NCBI GenBank assembly: GCA_963755195.1
Contig: CAVWIZ010000008.1
Span: 688,957-752,956 of the forward strand
Source: an uncultured Acidobacteriota bacterium
GTDB lineage: Bacteria; Acidobacteriota; Vicinamibacteria; Vicinamibacterales; CAVVIG01
Direction of reading: 5' to 3'
DNA: 64,000 nucleotides
The notes beneath the pieces were generated by a model, which searched no databases, had not been told where the DNA came from, and saw nothing but the letters and a program-made list of their open reading frames with translations. Below are positions 32,416 to 41,685 of the stretch, in pieces. Positions within the stretch are counted from its first letter, which is position 1. The number at the start of each line of letters is the position of its first letter. A program made the position numbers and the translations under genes.

Positions 32416-33519
32416 ATGACCACCAGAATCGTTGACACCCTTCTCCCCACCACCATGGTCGGCTCGTATCCGCGACCGCATTGGTTCAGACATCAGCTGC
32501 TCGGCCGCGACGTTCGCGTCGCGTTCAAGGAAGTCCAGCACGAAGAGGCCTACGACGACGCGGTCGCCACCGTCATCCGCGACCAGGAAGAAGCGGGTCT
32601 CGACATCGTCACCGATGGCAACATGTGGTACGACGACTACGTCGGCTCCATCGGCGCGTTCTGCTGGTACCTATACGAGCGCATCCCGGGATTCGAGCCG
32701 GCCCGCGAGCCGCATCCCTCGTTTGTCAACGCCGAAGCCAGCTTCAGCAAGGCCATGTTTGACGACTGGGGCGGCGTCATCAACAGCGGCCCGGTGTCCC
32801 GCGGCCCGATCCGGTGGGCGGACCTCTATAAGGTGGCCCGGAGACACGCGAAGGTGCCGGTAAAAGTGTCAGTGGGGGCCGGTCCGGTGAACCTCGCGTG
32901 GCACGCGTACTTCAAACACTACAAGAACGCCAAGGAGCTCAGTCTGGCACTGGCGCCGGTGTTCAACGCGGAAATGAAGGAGCTCGTCGCGGCGGGCGCC
33001 ACGTACTTGCAGATTGAGGATCTCGGCGCCTGGATGCCGCTCTTCACGAACGACAAGAACGACTACGTGTGGATCAAGGACGCGATCGCCCAGTGCTGCG
33101 ACGGAGTGAAGGCCAGGATTGGCTGGCACTTCTGCTTTGGCAACGCGTGGGGCAACGACCTGCTCAGCGGCTCATTCCCGGAAGGCTACCAGACGGTGCT
33201 CCCGAACCTGTTCGATACCCCCGGCATCAACGAGTTCGTGCTCGACTACGCGAACCGGGACATGGCTGGTATCGAATTCCTGAAGAAGCTGCCCAAGGAC
33301 ACCGGCGTCCAGGTTGGCGTCCTCGACATCCGCACCAACGCGATCGAGACGCCGGAGCAGATCGCCAAGCGTATTCGCAAGGTGCTTGCGCACGTGCCGG
33401 CGGAGAAGGTCACCCTCAGCACCGACTGCGGCATGAAGCCGCTCGCGCGCATGGTCGCCAAAATGAAGCTGCGCGCGCTCGCCGACGCGGCCGCCATCGT
33501 CCGCAAGGAAATCAAATAG
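32416..33519 (+). CDS. Second cobalamin-independent methionine synthase II-like Zn enzyme
   Basis: TTMVGSYPRP, GLDIVTDGN, HFCFGN (HxC), STDCG. Confidence 0.85.
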   Translation: MTTRIVDTLLPTTMVGSYPRPHWFRHQLLGRDVRVAFKEVQHEEAYDDAVATVIRDQEEAGLDIVTDGNMWYDDYVGSIGAFCWYLYERIPGFEPAREPHPSFVNAEASFSKAMFDDWGGVINSGPVSRGPIRWADLYKVARRHAKVPVKVSVGAGPVNLAWHAYFKHYKNAKELSLALAPVFNAEMKELVAAGATYLQIEDLGAWMPLFTNDKNDYVWIKDAIAQCCDGVKARIGWHFCFGNAWGNDLLSGSFPEGYQTVLPNLFDTPGINEFVLDYANRDMAGIEFLKKLPKDTGVQVGVLDIRTNAIETPEQIAKRIRKVLAHVPAEKVTLSTDCGMKPLARMVAKMKLRALADAAAIVRKEIK

Positions 33520-33521
33520 AG

Positions 33522-34322
33522 TTACTTCGCGGCGCCGCACGGCCGCGGATTCCAGCCGGCCGCATCTCGCTGCTTCTTGAATTGGTACGTCTTGATGTAC
33601 GCCGGCTGAAAATAGGCAGGGTCATCGACCATCGTCGTCACGACGAGATATTCCTGGCCGGTGCCGTCGATGAGGCGGACGAAGTACTCCGTGATGGTCG
33701 TATTCGGACCGTAGGGAACGCCGTTCTTGCGGACGTATCCGGGACGCAGATGATTGGTGACCACCTTCAGCTGGCCGACCCGGGCGGCGCCTCCCCGAGC
33801 CGGAGCCGGCCCTCCTCTTCCAGCCGCCGGGAACTCCCAGCGGGCGAGCGAGTATCCCTGCCATGAGGCTTCGGCCGGCGGCGGATGCGCGGTCGCGAGC
33901 TGCGGTGTGTTCTCGAAGAAGAACCGGCGCGTCTGCGTGCCGGCGTCGATGTCCATCTTGATCGTGTGGTCGTCGTCCCAGGTGACGTGCAGCCGGGCCG
34001 GCAGCCGCATGATGCCGCCGGCGCCGTACGCCTTGCATTGCTCGCCCGCCGCGGCATCCTTCGCCGGATCCCACTCGTTGGTGACCCGGCGCGCCTCCGC
34101 CGTCACCGGCAGGTAGTCCACATTCCCCTTGGGGGGCGTCAGCATGCGGTAGCGCCAATCGTCCGTGACGAGCGACACCCAATATCCCGCGATGTCAAAC
34201 GGCGCGGCCGTGCGCCCGGCTGCCGGCGGGTTCGGCGGCGCTCCCTGTCCTCGCCCCTGGGCGTGCAGGTGCAGACCGAGCGCAGCGACGGCGAGCGTGG
34301 ACACGATGAGGAGTCTGCGCAC
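33522..34322 (-). CDS. Secreted hypothetical protein
   Basis: Signal peptide; GYWVS, QCKAYGAGG, WQGYSLARWE, GYVRKNGVPY, WNPRPC; resembles the 22905 and 35413 proteins. Confidence 0.7.
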   Translation of the reverse strand: MRRLLIVSTLAVAALGLHLHAQGRGQGAPPNPPAAGRTAAPFDIAGYWVSLVTDDWRYRMLTPPKGNVDYLPVTAEARRVTNEWDPAKDAAAGEQCKAYGAGGIMRLPARLHVTWDDDHTIKMDIDAGTQTRRFFFENTPQLATAHPPPAEASWQGYSLARWEFPAAGRGGPAPARGGAARVGQLKVVTNHLRPGYVRKNGVPYGPNTTITEYFVRLIDGTGQEYLVVTTMVDDPAYFQPAYIKTYQFKKQRDAAGWNPRPCGAAK

Positions 34323-34331
34323 AATGCCTCT

Positions 34332-35402
34332 CTACGATTTCGGATTGAGGCTGCGATACACCGCCTCGACAAACATGTCAGGCGTGTTCGAAGCGCTTCG
34401 TCCGAACCGCCCGTCGTAGTCCCTCGTCAGTTTCGCGGCCTTGATCTGCGGCAGCGTCATGCCCTTCTTGACGGCCGCGCGCACGCGATCGCGCATGATG
34501 GTCACCATGTCGCGGTAATAGGCGACATCCGCCGAGTCGGTGAGGCGGCCATGCCCCGGCACGATCATCGTGCCTCCCTCCATCATGTGCTCGACGACCG
34601 CCATCTCGAGGATCCAGTTCAGCGCATCGACGACGCCTTGAATGCTGCCGCCTTTGTCGACGTCGATGACCGGATAGCTCGTCATATTCAGGACGTCGCC
34701 GGCCGCGAGCACTTCGGATTCGCGGAACTGTACGATGGTGTCGCCGTCGGTGTGCGCCGCCGGCATGTGCCACAGGACGACGCCTTCTCCGTTGAAGAAG
34801 TTCAGCTTGAAGCTCGCGCCTTCGTAGGCTTCGCTCGGCAACGCGGCCGACGGCAAGGGCGATCCCTTTGGCTGGTGCGACGGCGCTTTCTCATGCGCCA
34901 TGATCCAGGCGTCCTGCGGGGCAAGACCGATGTGACTGCGGCCGGCGGCCGAAAACACGGCGTTCCCGCCCATGTGGTCGGCATCGAAACTCGTGTTGAT
35001 GATGCCGACGATGGGCTTGGGCGCGGGCGGCGCCGAGGTCATCTGAAGGAACGTCGAGCTGTTCCACCACGAGCAGCCCTGCACGAGCCCCACGCAGGAT
35101 TTCTGCGGCATCCGCATCGAGGTCACTTGACGATCGAGCGTCCTGACGGCCGCGAGCAGTTTGTCGCTCATGGCCGCGGCCCCCGTGTCGACGAGGAGTA
35201 CGCCGTCTTTGCCGATGGACGCGACGACATTGCTGCCGCCGGCGGTAATCAGCCAGATGTTGCCTTTGACCGGAATCACGCGCACATCACTGCTCGGGGC
35301 GGGCTGTTGTGCGCCAAGGTCGGCGTACCACGGCTGCGCCAGGATCACCACGGCCGCGATCGCCAGAACAGATGCGCGGAGCGTTGTCACTGCGGCAGTC
35401 AT
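34332..35402 (-). CDS. Secreted MBL-fold (cyclase-like) protein with a degenerate metal motif
   Basis: GVLLVDTG, INTSFDADHMGGN, AHTDGD, AGD, VPGHG. Confidence 0.8.
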   Translation of the reverse strand: MTAAVTTLRASVLAIAAVVILAQPWYADLGAQQPAPSSDVRVIPVKGNIWLITAGGSNVVASIGKDGVLLVDTGAAAMSDKLLAAVRTLDRQVTSMRMPQKSCVGLVQGCSWWNSSTFLQMTSAPPAPKPIVGIINTSFDADHMGGNAVFSAAGRSHIGLAPQDAWIMAHEKAPSHQPKGSPLPSAALPSEAYEGASFKLNFFNGEGVVLWHMPAAHTDGDTIVQFRESEVLAAGDVLNMTSYPVIDVDKGGSIQGVVDALNWILEMAVVEHMMEGGTMIVPGHGRLTDSADVAYYRDMVTIMRDRVRAAVKKGMTLPQIKAAKLTRDYDGRFGRSASNTPDMFVEAVYRSLNPKS

Positions 35403-35412
35403 CTCGGGCCTC

Positions 35413-36309
35413 TCAGCGGCCAATGTTTGCGCCGCGATCGCCGTTGGTCCACGCGCTATCCCGGAGTTTCTGCCCGTACTCGGGATAGATCGTCTCGACA
35501 CCGCCGGTCGCGGCGTTCGCCGCGCCGCCGTACCGGGTGCGGATGTCCTTGAGGAACGGATTCTCGCCCAACTGGAAGTGCGGCACCTTGCCCTTCTCGA
35601 GGCCTTCATACACGGAGGTGCAGGGATGCGGCGGCACGAGCGAGTTGACCGTCAAGCGATACTCGGCGCTCCGAATGAGCGGCTCCGCCAGATAGATCGG
35701 ATCGTGAATGATGTTGACCCAGGTCAGGATGTCGCCGCGGCGGATCCACCACGACGTGACGGTCGCTTCGTCGGTGGCCATCGCGCCATTCCGGCGGATG
35801 TAGTCTTCCTTCAAGTGCGACGTCTCGATCCTGAGCATGTCGCCTTCCCACTTCGCCGTCGAGAATCCGCCCCACGAGTGCGGGGCCTCGGCCGGAGGAG
35901 GATCGCGGCCATCGAGGTACACGGGCATGTTCGTGGATTGATGCCACTCCGGCTGAAACGCCACGATTTCGCGCGAGTACGGATCGACTTCCTTGCTGAT
36001 GCGCAACTGGGTCGGCCCCCGATAGATGTACGCCCATCCGTGCGGCCGGCACTGATATTCAGGCAGCGACAGGATCGATGCGTCCCAGGTTTCAGCCCTG
36101 GCGAGGCCGTCCGCATTGAGCGGCAAGCCATAGAAGTCGCCGACCCACGGGTTCTCGCTGTTGTCCTGCGAACGGACCACGGTCCACTCGCCGGAGAAAT
36201 CCGTGGTCACGCCAGGGGGGGCGTTCTGCGCGACGCCGTTTCCCGCGGCGAAGGCCGCCCACAGTGCTGCCGTGAGAGCGACGACGATCAGACGTCTTGT
36301 CTTGCGCAT
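35413..36309 (-). CDS. Secreted hypothetical protein
   Basis: Signal peptide; DFSGEW, QCRPHGW, GFSTAKWEGDML, IRRNG, PHPC; GAGG RBS. Confidence 0.7.
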   Translation of the reverse strand: MRKTRRLIVVALTAALWAAFAAGNGVAQNAPPGVTTDFSGEWTVVRSQDNSENPWVGDFYGLPLNADGLARAETWDASILSLPEYQCRPHGWAYIYRGPTQLRISKEVDPYSREIVAFQPEWHQSTNMPVYLDGRDPPPAEAPHSWGGFSTAKWEGDMLRIETSHLKEDYIRRNGAMATDEATVTSWWIRRGDILTWVNIIHDPIYLAEPLIRSAEYRLTVNSLVPPHPCTSVYEGLEKGKVPHFQLGENPFLKDIRTRYGGAANAATGGVETIYPEYGQKLRDSAWTNGDRGANIGR

Positions 36310-36600
36310 CGGATAGCCTCGGTACGCGCCGTTTTTTGCGTGAAAGAGCCGCCGCATGGACCGTATCTCAATGATTCGTTCAGTGTCAATGAACAGCCCC
36401 GACGCCCAATCCTTCCTGAGGTGTGCATCGGAATCGTAAGGATTCCGCGAGATTTCGTGCGGGCCGGCTAGAGCGTCCTTCTCACGGCGTCGAATGCCCA
36501 CACGGCCGCTCGCAGCGCTCGCAACGATCGCAGCGTTTAGGGGCATTTAAGCGGAATTCTCGGCGGTCACTGCGTCCGCCGCGGTGATCGTTCTTACGGG

Positions 36601-39600
36601 CTAGGGCGCGTGCGAGACGATGATCGCCGCCTTCTCCTTTGATGCATTGCCGGAAGCGTCCGTACACTTCACGGTAATCGTATAGGTGCGGTCGCGATGC
36701 TTCCGCGCGTTCGCCGAGATGTTCAGCGTCAGGTCGCTGGTAATGGCCCAGTCGATGACGGCGTCGTGGTCGATGTCTTTGCCCTGGCCGCCGACTCTGA
36801 TGATCTTGCACGCCGGCGACGAATCCGCGAGATCGGTCACCGCGACGGCGATTGAGATCGGCACGGTCTGATCGCTATCGGGCAGCAGCGTCACGCTCGG
36901 CGTCACGCTGATGATGTCGGGCGCCGTCGTGTCGCGGACCACGACCCTGAACGTGTCGGCGTCGCCCTTCCCCCGATGGTTCATCGCCGAGCACGTGACC
37001 GTGGTCTCCCCGAGAGGGAAGGTCGATCCGGACGCTGGAGCGCACGTCACCTCAAGAGCCCCTTCGATTGGATCCGTCGCCGTCGCCGTGAATGTCACCA
37101 CCCTGCCGGTCGGACCCTCCGCTTCGACCCTCTGGTGTCCTGGCACCGTCACCTTCGGCGGCTTGTTCACTGCCTTCGCATAGCTCACGCAATCGCCCTG
37201 ATTCGTGAACGTCACCGGGAAGTTGAACGTCTGCCAGCCGCCCCTCTTACACTCGTCGGCGCTCTGCGGCGGACCGATCAGCGTGACCGGAGCCGAAAGC
37301 GCGGCACCGTTGAGCGTGACGTTTCCCGCCACCGCATCGACGGCGAAGCCCGTCAGTATCCCGGCGGCACTAGACGTCTCCGTGTAAGTAACGCTGGACC
37401 CACTCCCGACCATAACGACGACCGGGAAACCGTTGAGCACCGTCGTAATTTGCGCCGGGCCTCCAGCGCCTACCTCGACGGTCGACGTGGCGACCGGATC
37501 GGTGAGGACGTAAGCGCCGTCGGGGAGCGAGATCGTCGCGACCTTGCCGTCAAGTTGAATCTGGACTGGACCACTCCCTGCTCCGCTGACCGCGACCTCC
37601 ACGCCAGCGCCCGGGTTCGGCGTGGCATCCACGATCGTCACGGCCTTGCCATTGCGCGCCAGGATTGTGCCGACACTGCTCCCGCCAAGTGCTGGGATCG
37701 CGTCAGAGAACGTCTCGTTCGTTGCATCGAACGGCAACGGATCGACATCGTCGGCAATGCCGTCGTTGTCGTTGTCGGTATCGACGCAGTTCCTGATGCC
37801 GTCGCCGTCTGCATCCGGGAAGCCCTCGTCGATCCCTTCGTTGCCGTCGTTGTCGACGCCGTCACACATCTCGGGCTTCGACGTGGGGTTGAGCGGGTTG
37901 GAGCCGAAGAAGTTTCCCGGAGGAACGCCCGCTGAGCCCACCTCCTGGATGTTGGTGATGCCGTCGCCGTCGCCGTCCTCGTTCGCGTCCGTCCCAATCG
38001 TTCCCGGCGAACCCGTTTCGACGCCGTCGGCCGCGAGGAACGCGCCATTGACTCCGGCGGCGCTCAAGGTCGAGATGACTGGAAGCGGCAGCGTCGTGCT
38101 GCCGAGGCCAGCGCTGTTGTCGAACGTGAAGCCGGTGACCGATGCGCCGAAGCTGACGCCAGTGATCCGGTTGCCGAGCGCGTCGAAGAGATTCACCGCG
38201 TCGCCGCTGCTGCTCAAGCCGACACCGACGCCACCGTAGAAGCCGACGAGGAAGCCGGCCGGCAACGTCGGCGATCCAGTCCACGCCGTCGCGAAGTTGG
38301 CCAGAAGCGTCGCGTCGGTGGACCCATCCGCGAGGCCCTCGATGAAGACGGCTGACTTTCCCGGCAGGAATCGTCGTCACGCCCCGAAGCGCGACCGGAA
38401 AGGCCGAAGGTGTTCGAGTTGTCGTCCATCTTCCAGCCGGTGAGGTCCACCGGCGTGTTGCCGGTGTTCGTCACCTCGAACCAGTCGGCGGCGTAAAGGC
38501 TGTGCCTGCTGCTCCAGGGCGAGACCTCGGAGATGCTGACTCGGGACGCAATCGTTCCCGGCGAGCCGATCTCATTCGCGTCGTTCGCGGCGACGAAGGC
38601 GCCATTGACGCCGCGAGCGCTCAGCTGCGAGATGGCGGCGCTGTTCAGGCCGGCCGCGTTGTCGAAGGTCGGGAACGACGGGCCTGCCGGGAGAAACACC
38701 GAAGGACACCTTGGCCTGCAACACGCCGCTGCCGTTGTAGAGGACGACGGCATCGCCGCCCGTGCTCAGGCCGACGCCGCCTCCGGAGTAGCTGCCGATC
38801 TGAAGGCCCGCCGGCGGGTTCGCGCCGAACCAGGTGTTCAGGAAGGCCGCCGCGGCACCGGCGAGGTTGCCGGTTTCGATGAAGATCACCGACTCGCCGG
38901 GCAGCGATGCTGGTGATGCCGTTCAACGGCACCGCGGCCGCGAAGGATTCCGAGCTGTCGTCCATCTTCCAGCCGGTGATGTCCACGGCGGCGCCGCCGA
39001 TATTCGTCACCTCGAACCAGTCGGCGGCCACGGGCTGTTGCCGCTGGACCACGGCGCCACCTCGGAGATGATCAGCTTGCCTACCGGCCCGACCGTTCCA
39101 GGCGAGCCGATCTCGGTCGCGTCGTTCGCCGCCGACGAAGGCGCCATGAACGCCGACGGCGCTCAGCAGCGAGATCGCGGCGTTGTTGAGCCCGGCGGCA
39201 TTGTCGAAGGTCGCGAACGGCGCGCTCGCGGGCGAAGCGCCGAAGGTCACGCTGGCCTGCAGCGCGCCGCCGCCGTCGTAGAGGTTGACGGCATCGCCGC
39301 CGGTGCTCAGGCCGACGCCGCCGCCGGAGTAGCTGCCGATCTGAAGACCCGCCGGCGGATTCGCGCCGAACCAGGTGGTCCGGAATGCGGCCGCCGCGCC
39401 GGCGAGGTCGCCGGTTTCGATGAAGATCACCGACTCGCCGGGGGCGATGCTGGTGATGCCGTTCAGCGCGACCGCATTGGCGAACGCGTTCGAGTTGTCG
39501 TCCATCTTCCAGCCGGTGATGTTCACGGCGCTGGCGCCGGTATTCGTCACCTCGAACCAGTCGGCGCCGACGGGGCTGTTGCCGCTGGACCACGGCGCCA

Positions 39601-41494
39601 CCTCGGAGATGACGAGCGACGGAGCGGAGGGCGGCGCCTTCGACCACATCGGTGACCGTCAAGCGCAAAGGCGGCGGTCGCATCCGGAGTCGCGCCAACC
39701 GTCGGGTCGTCGACCGCGACGGTGACGCTGTAGCTGGTCTTGGTTTCGAAATCGAGGACTGGTGCCGGCCTTGATGTACAACCCCGTGCTCGTCAACTTC
39801 GAAGAAGCTCGGCATCCGGCCCCGTCACCGTCAGGTTGTTCGTTCCGAGTCCATCGTCGGTGATGACGACGTCCGCCACTTTGATCCGCGCGGCGGTGCT
39901 GGTGTTCTCCGCGATCGTGTTGACCTGATTGTTCAGCGCGAGGGCGGTCGGCGCCTGATTCGGAACCGGGGACGGCGCGTAGACCCACAGCTGCGGGTGA
40001 TCGAAATCGCCGCCGCCGTTCTCGCTGACGACATACAGAAAGCCGTTGCCGTCCATCGTGAGCCCTTCATGCTGCTGGGCCGGCAACGGACAACGGATTG
40101 CCGGGATCGGAGACGAATCGTCAGCGAGTTGGAGACGACGCCGGATCGGTCGATGTTGACGATCTTGCCCGATTCCTGGCTCAGCACCAGCAGGTGGCTG
40201 GAATCGGGCCCGCTCAGCGACGGCAGATTCGACAGCGCGAACACGTCGGCGAAGTCCAGGAGGTTGGCCAGCGCCGGATCGAACAGGTTGATCGAGTTCA
40301 CGGTGGTCGGCGAACCGTTGGTCGCGGTGCCCGCCGCGAAATCGATGCCGGTTTGAAAGATCCCTTCGGGCTGCGTCTCCTTGACGACGATGAATCCGCC
40401 GGTCAGCGGGTCGTAGGAGATGCCTTCGATCCCGATGTTGTCCACGAACGTGCCGAGCTTGACGGTTTGCGCGCCGCCTCTCGTCAGCGTGGTGCCGGCG
40501 GCGTAGGTGAACAGGACGACCTGCCGATCGCGCTCCTCGGTCATGACGAACTTGCCGCCGCCGACGTAGGTGAGGCCTTCCGGATCGTAGAACTCCGTGC
40601 CTTGCGGACTGCCGCCCGGGGCCAGCGTCATCGAGTCGATCAATTGCCCGGTCTTCGTGACCTGAACGATCGACGTGCCGCCGTCGCCGACGACGAACAG
40701 CGTGTCGGTGTCCCAGTTGTAGGTCACCGCCGAGACTTCCTGGGCCAGCAGGCTGTTGGCAGGCGGAGTGGTCCTCGTCGGTTCGGGCAGGTCGAATCGG
40801 CCGACCCGGACATAGGTGGAGAGATCCAGCCCGGTCAGCGGAGACGCATTGATTCGACGGCCTGGCGAGCCGGTTTCTGCGCCATTGAACGAGAGGAACG
40901 CGCCGTTGACCCCGGCGACACTCAACGGTCGAGACCGCCGGAAGCGGGAGCGTCGTGCTGCCGAGACCGGCCGTGTTGTCGAACGTGGCGGTTGGCGGTG
41001 GCTGCGCCGAAGCTGACGCCGGTGACCCGGTTTCCGCTCGCGTCGAAGAGATTCACCGCGTCGCCGCCGGTGCTCAGGCCCACGCCGGAACCGCCGTAGG
41101 CCCCGATGAGGAAACCGGCGGGCGGCGTCGCAGCTCCCAAACCAGGCCGTCGAGAAGTTGGCGATGACGGTCGCGTCGGCGAGGCCAACCGTGGCGTTCT
41201 CGAAGAAGACGGCCGACTTCCCGGCGGGGATGCTCGTCACGCCGCGGAGCGCGACCGCGGTGGCGAACGCGTTCGAGTTGTCGTCCATCTTCCAGCCGGT
41301 GATGTCCACGGCGCTGGTGCCGGTGTTCGTCACCTCGAACCAGTCGGCGGCGTAGGTGCCATTGCCGCTGCCGGCGGGATGCACCTCGGAGATGACGACG
41401 CTCGGCGTCGCCGCCGCGGAGACGCGGCAGGCGCCGAATCCACGAATGCCATCAGCACGGTGACGACGCCGAAGGCGAAGTATCTGGCTCTCAT
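36601..41494 (-). CDS. Large secreted protein with four lamin-tail (LTD) domains, an SdiA-regulated/YjiK-like propeller, Asp-rich Ca-binding repeats, HYR-like and C-terminal domain (frameshifted)
   Basis: Repeated ISEV.PWSS...ADWFEVTN.G...DITGWKMDD; EVSAVTYN..DTLFVVGD, DPEGLTY, EGISYD, LSQES, HEGLTMD; DGDGDG/DNDNDG repeats; GGAG RBS before the ATG at 41494. Confidence 0.75.
38100..41395 (-). repeat. Four homologous LTD-encoding segments
   Basis: Near-identical cacctcgaaccagtcggc and gtcgtccatcttccagccggtga blocks at ~38420-38490, 38957-39028, 39497-39566 and 41280-41350. Confidence 0.8.
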
Positions 41495-41685
41495 GAGCTC
41501 TCCTGTTGTGGGTTCACAGACCTCTTCCCTCTCGGCGCGCTGCTCTCAGAAAGAGAAGGAATCAGTTAGTAGTCGGTTGAGAGGAAATCGAGCCGGGCGA
41601 AGACCCAGCCTCAGGTGGGAGTCTGTCGTAGAGGTGTGACCGGACCGTCAACGCGGCGTAAACATCCCGTGAACAGGCTGTTGGT

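Noticed and set aside
28228..32416. Cobalamin or SAM riboswitch upstream of the MetE-like or TBDR genes
   Set aside because: The intergenic regions are short and I could not find the conserved cores by eye. An Rfam/Infernal scan would be decisive.
36507..36536. Three 9-bp imperfect tandem repeats (gctcgcagc/gctcgcaac/gatcgcagc)
   Set aside because: Too short and too GC-rich to distinguish from chance.
41550..41585. Possible Pho-box-like 11-bp periodic repeats upstream of the LTD protein
   Set aside because: The repeat units are too degenerate to support a call.
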